DNA of 46,959 nucleotides from positions 1 through 46,959 of the forward strand of contig CAZRJD010000001.1 of NCBI GenBank assembly GCA_964600495.1, written 5' to 3'. A program made the position numbers and the translations under genes. A model generated the notes under the pieces. It ran no database searches and was not told where the DNA came from. It saw only the letters and a list, made by a program, of their open reading frames with translations. Each line of letters starts with the position of its first letter. The first letter of the stretch is position 1. Positions 34,702 to 42,245 of this stretch are shown here, one piece after another. Origin of the DNA: an uncultured Candidatus Saccharibacteria bacterium (GTDB taxonomy: Bacteria; Patescibacteriota; Minisyncoccia; Phycocordibacterales; SBAW01).

Positions 34702-35755
34702 GGACCAAAAACAGGATTGGGGAAAATATCGCGAGCAGGAGCTCGCTATAGTAGAGCCAATTCTCAATCGGCTTGGATACGGGCTCGAGAAACACCAGTC
34801 GCACCTGGGCGGTGAGCGGTACCTCATGCAGGCGGTTACAACAACAAGCGGTAGAAAACTTATTCTTCTTGGACACCGGGTCGGCGACGGCAGGCGCGTT
34901 GTTATAAAAGCAACGCGGGACAAGGCCGGCATACGCGAGCTCGTGCATGAGCGGGAATGCAGAGAGGTTCTTAAGAAGATCAATTTTGCCTATCAGACAT
35001 TCTTTTCCCCCGAAGAAGTACTTTTTAAAAATGAAGAGGGATACACACTATCGATCCAGACATTCATCGAACAGGAATCCCCGTTTCTGGAGCGCCCGCT
35101 CAAAGAGCAGTTCCGTTTGGCCCTTCGGGCATTTAAGGCACAGGAGAGCGCACATGCGACAACATACCGACACATCAAGCTCATACAAAAGACCTTCGGC
35201 ACTATGGATGCAGCACGGTACCTTGCTATGTTCAAAAAATTCGGCGACAACACAAGAGCACAAAAACTTCTTGAGGCGAATTGGGAGACAATAGAGCGGT
35301 ACTGCGGTTTTTTGACCCATGTCGACTTTGTCCCCCACAATTTCCGAGTCAGGGACGACAATATATATTTATTCGACCACTCCTCCCTGCGGTTCGGTAA
35401 CAAGTACGAGGGGTGGGCGCGATTTCTTAACTTTATGACGTTGTATAATCCGGAGCTTGAAAAAGCGCTCCTGCAATATGTAGGTGACAATCGTGCGGAA
35501 GAAGAATTGCTTTCGCTCAAGCTCATGCGCATCTATCGCCTTGGGGAGATCATTTGGTACTACAGCGACAAAATAGAAAAAAGCTCGGGCGACCTACGTA
35601 CTCTCAACAAAGCCCGTGTTGAGTTTTGGAGCGAAGTTCTCAAAGCCACTCTCGAGGGCAGGGAACTGCCCGAACAGATACGGGAAGAATACAAAAAAAC
35701 CCGCGACTCGCTCCGCAGTGAGGAGGAAAAGCAGCGCCAGATCGGTCTGCATTAA
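34691..35755 (+). CDS. Protein-kinase-like fold phosphotransferase (APH/choline-kinase/CotS-like)
   Basis: Contains RVVIKATRDK (Lys), the Brenner motif FLTHVDFVPHNFRV (H.D....N) and the metal-binding YLFDHSSLRFGN. Start MNDKDQ at 34691 overlaps the upstream gene by 11 nt. Confidence 0.65.
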   Translation: MNDKDQKQDWGKYREQELAIVEPILNRLGYGLEKHQSHLGGERYLMQAVTTTSGRKLILLGHRVGDGRRVVIKATRDKAGIRELVHERECREVLKKINFAYQTFFSPEEVLFKNEEGYTLSIQTFIEQESPFLERPLKEQFRLALRAFKAQESAHATTYRHIKLIQKTFGTMDAARYLAMFKKFGDNTRAQKLLEANWETIERYCGFLTHVDFVPHNFRVRDDNIYLFDHSSLRFGNKYEGWARFLNFMTLYNPELEKALLQYVGDNRAEEELLSLKLMRIYRLGEIIWYYSDKIEKSSGDLRTLNKARVEFWSEVLKATLEGRELPEQIREEYKKTRDSLRSEEEKQRQIGLH

Positions 35756-36291
35756 TCGAGCTGTTTCATTTTTTCGATCAGACCCGCGTATTCTTCAACA
35801 AGTGGATGTTTCCACGTCTCTTCGAGCATTTTGAGCATCTGCTCTTCAAACCAGATTTTTTTGTCGCGGCCTCGGTTGAAATGCTTCCACATTTCGCTTC
35901 CCTGTTCTTCGTAACCCGCAATGAAGCTCTCTGCATTGTGAATCTTGTCAGCGGTGGAAATAGCTTTGACTTCGTCGGAGGCCGCGCGCACCGTATCTAT
36001 GTACTTTTGTTTTTTATCTTCCCACGAGAGCGAGTCGTCGTGAGTTAGAGGCAACATTAATGACAACACCTCCTCTCCCAACTCTTCTTTCAGCTTTTCT
36101 CGGGGAAAACTGCTATCCTCGAACACATCGTGCACAAGCGCGGCCACGATAACAATATCGGAGAAGCCGTGCTTTTGTAGTTTGAGCGCGACCATGAACG
36201 GATGCGTAATGTAGGGCAAGTCGATTTCCTTGCGTTTTTGACCTTCATGCGCCCGAGCTGCTATCCGCATTGCTTTTTCAATTACATTCAT
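35752..36291 (-). CDS. HD-domain small alarmone hydrolase (RelA/SpoT hydrolase-domain-only, Mesh1/SAH-like)
   Basis: Contains AARAHEGQKRKEIDLPYITHPFMVA, AALVHDVFEDS and ADKIHNAESF. The ATG overlaps the upstream GT4 stop (ATGA). Confidence 0.8.
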   Translation of the reverse strand: MNVIEKAMRIAARAHEGQKRKEIDLPYITHPFMVALKLQKHGFSDIVIVAALVHDVFEDSSFPREKLKEELGEEVLSLMLPLTHDDSLSWEDKKQKYIDTVRAASDEVKAISTADKIHNAESFIAGYEEQGSEMWKHFNRGRDKKIWFEEQMLKMLEETWKHPLVEEYAGLIEKMKQLD

Positions 36292-37418
36292 AGTACTTTT
36301 GCAAAAATCCTCTCCCGCATCTGTTTGGCGATCATATCCCAAGTATACTTCTCCTGCACCATTTGCCGCGCGCGAGTTGTTATTTCTTGTACCTTCTCCG
36401 GATGAGCCAAAATGTCTTTCACTGCGAGAGCAATTTGTTCGGGATCATCCTTCCTTACCACCCATCCGGTCTTCCCGTCAAACATAAAATCCTTGAGGCC
36501 CCCTTCTTGTGTCGTAATGACCGGAAGTCGTGAGGCCATCGCGGAGAGGAACGCATTACCGAGTCCTTCCGAGCGGGAGGGGCCCACGAATATATCAGCG
36601 GCTTTGCGGTAGAGCGTTACTTCGCTGCGGTCAACCTGTCCAGTAAACATGACCCTGCTCCCCACCCCGAGCTCTTTCGCAAGCGACTTGAGCAACGCCA
36701 GATCGGAGCCGCCTCCGACAAGCAGAAGGTGAATATTTTTTGGAAGCAGGGGAAGTGCGCGAAGCGTCGTATCATTCCCTTTTTGATGTTCAAGCCGCGC
36801 GGTATTGACGAGCCATACGTCATCCGGTTTTTTGCCGAATTTGAGTTTGATATCCCCGACTTTTGAGGCGTCAAAGCTCTCCGCAAGATCGCGCGGATTG
36901 GCACCGTTGTGGATCATTTCCACCACTCCTTTATACCCGCGACGCGCCGGCCACGCTGCCAAATACGTTGATATTGCCTGCACAACCGCTGCGGTGCGAA
37001 ATCCGTGATTAATAAACGGAAGGAACGGCAAAATGCGCACACGGCCGAAAACTTTTTCGTACGGGTCGCCGTCCTGAAGCGTCAGGATATGCGGCGCGCG
37101 TAACCCCATCCACTTTGCCAGCACGACCGGCAGCAACATGTAGGTCATGAGAGCCCACAGCGCGTCGAAATGCTCTTTGCGATGGAGGGAGCGAGCGAGT
37201 AGTGTCGCCATAAGCGGAAAAAGTATTTTGCTCCCGTTTACCCGATGCACAAAAACATTACCTATTTTCTCTTCTGCCGGATCTGTATTGTCAAACCGAA
37301 GCGTAACCATATGGAACTCAATGTCTGAAATGCGGTCAGTTATTTCTTTGACGGCGGCCTCCGCTCCGCTCACATGGCGCGGATAGTACGCAAGGGAAAA
37401 AATGAGAACTTTTTTCAT
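36288..37418 (-). CDS. GT-B glycosyltransferase, family 4
   Basis: Contains KVLIFSLAYYPRHVSGAEAAV, TARLEHQKGND and SRSEGLGNAFLSAMASRLPVITTQEGG. Confidence 0.85.
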   Translation of the reverse strand: MKKVLIFSLAYYPRHVSGAEAAVKEITDRISDIEFHMVTLRFDNTDPAEEKIGNVFVHRVNGSKILFPLMATLLARSLHRKEHFDALWALMTYMLLPVVLAKWMGLRAPHILTLQDGDPYEKVFGRVRILPFLPFINHGFRTAAVVQAISTYLAAWPARRGYKGVVEMIHNGANPRDLAESFDASKVGDIKLKFGKKPDDVWLVNTARLEHQKGNDTTLRALPLLPKNIHLLLVGGGSDLALLKSLAKELGVGSRVMFTGQVDRSEVTLYRKAADIFVGPSRSEGLGNAFLSAMASRLPVITTQEGGLKDFMFDGKTGWVVRKDDPEQIALAVKDILAHPEKVQEITTRARQMVQEKYTWDMIAKQMRERIFAKVL

Positions 37419-38287
37419 GCTTTCGCCTTTTTAATTTCTTCGATGTACTCCTTAAGCAGGTGGTTTTGTTTCCACCCAAGCGCTTTTATTTTTGATGAGT
37501 CAAAGGCGCCGGACGAGCGCGTACTTTTTGTAGGAGAAAGCATTTCTATTTTCCCCCCGAACATATTTGCCACGTCAATAAGCGAGTAGGCGTCTTCAGC
37601 ACAAATCCCGTATTCGTCCTCCCCGCCCTTTTCACCCGCCAGAAGAATTCCATCGACCGTATCTTCCACATGCGTAAACGCGCGGGTCTGCGTACCCGGC
37701 GACCGCACCGTGAAGGGTTTTCCTTTCAAATACTGCTGTTTGAATGTTTCGATCACCGTTCCATATTGATCAACCCCTGCGCGTTCCCCCGGACCATAGA
37801 CGTTGTAAAAATAAACTATCGAGTAGGGAAGTGAGTACCATTTTCCGTAGCCATGGACGAGCTCCGAATTTGCCGCCTTTGCCCATGTATATGGGGCCAG
37901 GTCCCGGCCCAAAGTGCCGTCCTCCCGCGGACCTGTAAATTTTGTTGAAGAGCCTGCATAGACAAGTTTGCCTCCCCTTTTTCTCCACAACTCAAGTACG
38001 GCAAACGTTCCCTCCATATTGAGGTCAAAGACAACCTCCGGCTCCTCAAGGCTTTTTGCGACCCGGGAGTACTCGCCAAGATGATAGAGTATGTCTGGCG
38101 TTTCGGGCACGTGCTTTTCGATATCTTTGGTATGACCTTCGCGATACTCAACACCTGCGACATGGTTGTCGCGCGAGCCGGTAAAGTAATTGTCGAGCGA
38201 TATGACTTTGTGCCCGTCCCGGGCAAGCCGCTCGCAGAGATGCGAGCCGATGAATCCGGCTCCGCCAGTAACAACAATGGTCTTCAT
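37415..38287 (-). CDS. Extended-SDR NAD-dependent nucleotide-sugar epimerase/dehydratase (UDP-glucuronate decarboxylase-like)
   Basis: Contains MKTIVVTGGAGFIGSHLCERL, LDNYFTGS and YTWAKAANSEL (Y...K). I take the start at 38287; the ORF-track N-terminal extension overlaps the upstream gene. Confidence 0.85.
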   Translation of the reverse strand: MKTIVVTGGAGFIGSHLCERLARDGHKVISLDNYFTGSRDNHVAGVEYREGHTKDIEKHVPETPDILYHLGEYSRVAKSLEEPEVVFDLNMEGTFAVLELWRKRGGKLVYAGSSTKFTGPREDGTLGRDLAPYTWAKAANSELVHGYGKWYSLPYSIVYFYNVYGPGERAGVDQYGTVIETFKQQYLKGKPFTVRSPGTQTRAFTHVEDTVDGILLAGEKGGEDEYGICAEDAYSLIDVANMFGGKIEMLSPTKSTRSSGAFDSSKIKALGWKQNHLLKEYIEEIKKAKA

Positions 38288-38291
38288 TGGT

Positions 38292-38969
38292 TTATTGTAT
38301 CTCAAACTCATCCGCCTCCGTTGTAGTTTCCTGCTTCTTACCGTTCCGGCCTGAGACAAGAAGTGTCCCCGCAACACCAAGTGCGACCAGACCCCCGAGA
38401 CCTGCAAGCCACGGCAGCATGGAATCTTTTTGCAAATCATCTGCATCTGTGGATATTTCCCCTGCGGCGGCATACGTGCTCGTTGCGGCATTCTGCGCAG
38501 CCTTTGGGGCCTTTTTTGATTTAGGTTTTAAAACCGGAGTATCCTTTTTCTCTGCAACGTAGGTGCGTGAATGCTCAACCGCGCCGACGCTGTTTAGGAT
38601 AGTAAGCGTCTCCCCCGTGTTCGAGAGCGAGAACGAGCTCTTGAATACACTCTTTACAAACCCCGGATGCTCGCTTAAAAACACCGCGGGGTTGCTCGCG
38701 ATAACTGCGGAAGCGCTTGGCAGAAGTATGCTCCCGCCTTGTGCCGGCGTGAGGCCGTGTTTGACCCCCGCTTCGAGGAGCTTGAATTTTGAGATGTCAA
38801 CGCTTACCCCGCCTTTATTCGTAATCTCTATCCATTCTCTCCCGCTGTCACTGCCCTCAAGGTCGTACATTATTTCGGTTATCTCGACCGATGCAAAAGC
38901 ACTGTATGGTATAAGCAAAAGAAAGACCGCAAGAAAAAGGCTATTGCTGTGGGGGATTTTGCGTCTCAT
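38292..38969 (-). CDS. Secreted, C-terminally membrane-anchored lamin-tail-domain (LTD) protein
   Basis: The signal peptide is MRRKIPHSNSLFLAVFLLLIPYSAFA. The LTD core reads VEITEIMYDLEGSDSGREWIEITNKGGVSVDISKFKL...LSNTGETLTI. A Lys-rich linker follows, then a C-terminal TM (WLAGLGGLVALGVAGTLLV) and a charged tail. Confidence 0.7.
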   Translation of the reverse strand: MRRKIPHSNSLFLAVFLLLIPYSAFASVEITEIMYDLEGSDSGREWIEITNKGGVSVDISKFKLLEAGVKHGLTPAQGGSILLPSASAVIASNPAVFLSEHPGFVKSVFKSSFSLSNTGETLTILNSVGAVEHSRTYVAEKKDTPVLKPKSKKAPKAAQNAATSTYAAAGEISTDADDLQKDSMLPWLAGLGGLVALGVAGTLLVSGRNGKKQETTTEADEFEIQ

Positions 38970-40683
38970 CGACGGCAAGCATCTCACGGAGCACCTCTTC
39001 TGGCAACCCCGCCGGGGCAGGGGGTTTTGACTCCTCTTTTTTCGCCGCAACAGGAGGCACAATGGCACTCAGTGCCTGTTTAAGGTCTCGTGGAGGGGCC
39101 TGCTCTACATGTACACCGGTCGCGGTTGCAAGCGCTTCGCGCAGACTTTTTGCTCCATGTAGTGGCGGTTTTTCCGGAGCTTTGTCGGCTGAGCCCTCGG
39201 GACGGGGTTCCTCGCGGGGCGCCCTGTTGTCGCGGGACTGTGTCTGTAGAGGAGGCCTTTCCACCCTCGGTTCTGCAGGTCGCGGAGGCCGCGGCCTTTC
39301 ACCCTGCCTCTCCGGACGGGGAGAAGATGAGGGAGAGGGAGAAGCCGGACGCCGCTCTTCTTTTGGTTTGGTGGGAGGAGTCTCGCTCCTATCCACTTCG
39401 TGCCACTTTTCTATTGAACCTTCCACATCCCTGCGGGCTCTCCCGAAATGCGTGCGGGAATTTGTCATCACTTCGTTCACAAAGGTCTGCGGAGGGGCAT
39501 CAAAGGGCGGCAAGGTTGTTGCAGAAAATGGCGGGGAGCCCACGCCGTCTATCATGAGCGTCAGATATACCTGTGCGAAACCAAGATTTACCAAGTCGGT
39601 CGCGGTAAACTGCGGGCTGAAAACCGTTTCGAGCACCTCCGCATCGAAGGGGCCCACGCGGAACGCAATCGTCGTGCCAACGTTACCAAAAACAGCGTCA
39701 CGCACCTCTTCTTCCATCTGCTCGATATATTGGTGCGCGATAATGAGGTTCAATTTATATTTGCGCGCCTCGGAAAGGATATCTGCAAAACTCTGGTTGG
39801 CAAAACTCTGAAATTCGTCAACGTAGAAATAGAACGACGGCAGTCCGGCCATGGTCGAGGCGGATACATCTGCGCGCGACATCGCTGCAAGGTAAATTTT
39901 TGTCACAAACATGCTGCCAAGGAGCGTGGCATTAACTTCCCCCACCTTGCCTTTGGAGAGGTTCATGATGAGGATCTTTTTCTCGTCCATCATCTGGCGA
40001 ATGTCGAATGACGACTTCGGCTGGCCGATGATATTGCGTATCAAGGGATTGCTCGTAAACTGGCCGATCTTGTTCTGTATTGCAGGAGTTGCTTCCTGCG
40101 TGTAACGGTCGGTATAGATCGCAAACTCTTCAACCCAAAAGCTCTTTACAACAGGGTCCTTCACATTTTCAACCACCTTCTTGCGAAAATTTTTATTAAC
40201 AAGCATCCGGTTTACATCAAGCAGTGTCGCTCCGGGAAATTCAAGAAGCGCAAGGAGGGTGTTCGAGAGGATATATTCCATTCGGGCACTCCACGCGTCG
40301 ACCCAGATCTTCCGGAAGGCGGAGAGAAGGCCGGAGACCACCAAGTGCCTCTTGTCGTATCCGACGTCCTCCATCACGTTGAAGGCGATTGGATATTCCA
40401 TATCAAACGGTGCAAAATAGAGAACATCTTTAATGCGATTCTCCGGCACATACTCGAGGAGCCGGTCTGCAGTCGAGCCGTGCGGGTCAACGAATGCGAG
40501 CCCCTCGCCGTTTCGTATGTCCTGTATGGCCATGTTTTCAAGGAGGGTTGACTTCCCCATGCCGGTTTTGCCGATGACATACATGTGGCGCTCGCGGTCC
40601 TTGCGTTTAATGCCAAAAGAAATTTCCTTGCCGCGCGAGTTTGTCGCCGCAAAAAAGGTTATTTTACCCAGGTCCTCCTGCAT
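38941..40683 (-). CDS. P-loop ATPase of the VirD4/TraD coupling-protein / HerA-FtsK-like class, with a ~150-aa Pro/Arg/Glu-rich C-terminal tail
   Basis: Walker A is HMYVIGKTGMGKSTLLENM and Walker B is PSFYFYVDEFQSF. ARKYKLNLIIAHQY is also present. No TM segment is visible. The tail reads PPTKPKEERRPASPSPSSSPRPERQGERPRPPRPAEPRVERPP. Start MQEDLGK at 40683 has an AAAGG SD. Confidence 0.7.
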   Translation of the reverse strand: MQEDLGKITFFAATNSRGKEISFGIKRKDRERHMYVIGKTGMGKSTLLENMAIQDIRNGEGLAFVDPHGSTADRLLEYVPENRIKDVLYFAPFDMEYPIAFNVMEDVGYDKRHLVVSGLLSAFRKIWVDAWSARMEYILSNTLLALLEFPGATLLDVNRMLVNKNFRKKVVENVKDPVVKSFWVEEFAIYTDRYTQEATPAIQNKIGQFTSNPLIRNIIGQPKSSFDIRQMMDEKKILIMNLSKGKVGEVNATLLGSMFVTKIYLAAMSRADVSASTMAGLPSFYFYVDEFQSFANQSFADILSEARKYKLNLIIAHQYIEQMEEEVRDAVFGNVGTTIAFRVGPFDAEVLETVFSPQFTATDLVNLGFAQVYLTLMIDGVGSPPFSATTLPPFDAPPQTFVNEVMTNSRTHFGRARRDVEGSIEKWHEVDRSETPPTKPKEERRPASPSPSSSPRPERQGERPRPPRPAEPRVERPPLQTQSRDNRAPREEPRPEGSADKAPEKPPLHGAKSLREALATATGVHVEQAPPRDLKQALSAIVPPVAAKKEESKPPAPAGLPEEVLREMLAVDETQNPPQQ

Positions 40684-40690
40684 TACCTTT

Positions 40691-40696
40691 AGTATA
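40691..40696 (-). promoter_or_regulatory. -10-like hexamer TATACT (reverse strand), 7 nt upstream of the ATPase ATG
   Basis: The complement of AGTATA at 40691-40696 reads TATACT. The TATACT-N6/7-ATG arrangement is the same as at 10726 and 14219. Confidence 0.3.
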
Positions 40697-40702
40697 CTAG
40701 AC

Positions 40703-42232
40703 CTACCGTTTGCCTGCCGTGTAGAGTGTGTCGATGAAGGAGAGCTGTTTTTTAACATCGGTCTGGACATCGCTTGAGCCGAGCATGATGATGCCTATTG
40801 CTCTTTTTTCGCCGCCCTCGACAGAGATTTGATAAATTCCGGCGTATGTTTCGTGCGCTTCGTCGGTGTTGCCTATCTTCCCGCCCACAAATCTGTCTTT
40901 GATGCCCGAAATAAGATTGAAATTCGCAAGCCCCGTGAAGATGGGGCTGCCGTAGGCATCACGCTCGAGCGTATTACTCGTGATATCGAGCACGAAGCGG
41001 CGATTCTCGTAGAGATACTGCAGGAGGAGAAAGAGATCGCGTGCCGAAGACACATTCACCTCTGAAAGTCCGGAGGGATCGGCAAAGGATGTCTCATAGA
41101 GCCCGATCGCTTTTGCTTTCTCATTCATCAGGGTGACGAAGCGTTCGCGCCCCAAAGCGGAAGCAAGAACCTCGGCAGCTTCATTCGACGATTCAGTCAG
41201 CATGAGGATAAGGAGGTCGTGCACTGTTGCGGTTTTATCCACCTGTAGGCGCGGCACGACCGTCTCAACTTTTGCGCTGTAGGGTATTGGTACCGCCTTT
41301 TCAAGATTAAGATACTCGGTTGCAACAAGCGCGGTCATAAGTTTCGTTATAGAGGCGATAGGGACGACCGCATTTTCGTTATTGCTCGCAAGAACAGAGC
41401 CGTTCTTTATATCAACCGCGAGCGATGACACTGCAGAGAGCGTGGGACCCTTCGGCTGGTAGGTAAACGCGTCCTGCGCTTCAGGAGTTTTGTATATGAT
41501 GACCGGCATACCGACAGAAGCCAAGGCGTACACTTTTTTTGCATCTTCCGTTGCTAGGCGGATACAGCCGCCGGAATACGTTCCTGAGACCTCGCTGCCA
41601 TCCGGATAATACGGCCAGCCGTGAATAAAAAAGTTTCCCTGAAAGGCAAGACTCCACGGCTGGTATACCTGTCCGAAAGAAGAGAAGTGATTTTCCTCCT
41701 GCGACTGTATCTCATAGATACCGACCGGTGTCTCCCACCATGAGCCAACCTTGCCTTTGGCGAGTATGGGTATAGAGAGCGCCTCTTCGCCCTCCCGATA
41801 TACAACAAGGCGCATCGCGCTCAAGTCGGCCGTAATAAACGATGCCTCCTCTTCGATAAAGCGATCCTTTATCTGCCCGTAAAATTTTTGGTCCGAAAGC
41901 GCGGGCCACGCGCCATAGACAAGCGGGGCCGCCTCCTCTGCACTCGCAGGAAGGGAAATGGAGTAAATGTTGGCCGGCTTGCGGAGCGCGTACGCAACAC
42001 CGCTTGATGCAACGATAAAACCGACAACAACCGTCGCTACAACAATACCCCTGCTCCATCTTTTTTCGGTGCGGGAAATCAAAACGGGTGCGGGCGGCGG
42101 GCGGAGCGCCGCCTGGAGGGCGGGGACTGACCACCCTGCAAGCATAAGGCGGCGGACAATGGCTTCGTCCAACATTCCCTGCCTGCGCAGCCGCTCAATG
42201 TACGTCTCTAATTCTCTCTCATCTTCATTCAC
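40703..42232 (-). CDS. Membrane-anchored bifunctional peptidoglycan enzyme: YkuD L,D-transpeptidase domain fused to a peptidase-S11 D,D-carboxypeptidase domain
   Basis: The N-terminal TM is GIVVATVVVGFIVASSGVAYAL. The YkuD motif is FFIHGWPYYPDGSEVSGTYSGGCIRLATEDAKKVY. The S11 SxxK motif is PIASITKLMTALVA, with later SSNEAAEVLA and KIGNT (KTG-like). Confidence 0.8.
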   Translation of the reverse strand: MNEDERELETYIERLRRQGMLDEAIVRRLMLAGWSVPALQAALRPPPAPVLISRTEKRWSRGIVVATVVVGFIVASSGVAYALRKPANIYSISLPASAEEAAPLVYGAWPALSDQKFYGQIKDRFIEEEASFITADLSAMRLVVYREGEEALSIPILAKGKVGSWWETPVGIYEIQSQEENHFSSFGQVYQPWSLAFQGNFFIHGWPYYPDGSEVSGTYSGGCIRLATEDAKKVYALASVGMPVIIYKTPEAQDAFTYQPKGPTLSAVSSLAVDIKNGSVLASNNENAVVPIASITKLMTALVATEYLNLEKAVPIPYSAKVETVVPRLQVDKTATVHDLLILMLTESSNEAAEVLASALGRERFVTLMNEKAKAIGLYETSFADPSGLSEVNVSSARDLFLLLQYLYENRRFVLDITSNTLERDAYGSPIFTGLANFNLISGIKDRFVGGKIGNTDEAHETYAGIYQISVEGGEKRAIGIIMLGSSDVQTDVKKQLSFIDTLYTAGKR

Positions 42233-42245
42233 TCTTCAATTTTAC

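Noticed and set aside
38292-38420. C-terminal 'LPWLAG + hydrophobic stretch + charged tail' of the LTD protein read as an LPXTG sortase sorting signal
   Set aside because: The motif is LPWLAG, not LPXTG, and no sortase gene is in the window. A simple C-terminal TM anchor explains the sequence equally well.
37415-38491. N-terminal extensions in the ORF track; other examples are 18286-19251, 42246-43622, 23166-23774, 30273-31391, 22360-22402, 38969-39068 and 40683-40770
   Set aside because: The extensions run into the upstream gene and are Arg/Cys-rich. They also precede an internal Met that begins exactly at the conserved family N-terminus (for example MKTIVVTGGAGFIGS or MYEQKPIVIAEIGGNH) and sits 0-5 nt from the upstream stop. 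Shorter starts were adopted.
38941-40683. Possibility that the VirD4/TraD-like ATPase marks a conjugative or integrative mobile element or a type IV secretion system
   Set aside because: No relaxase, VirB4/VirB-type genes, integrase, transposase, flanking direct or inverted repeats, or tRNA target are present anywhere in the window. The gene sits inside a tightly packed housekeeping and envelope operon. It is reported as an orphan ATPase instead.
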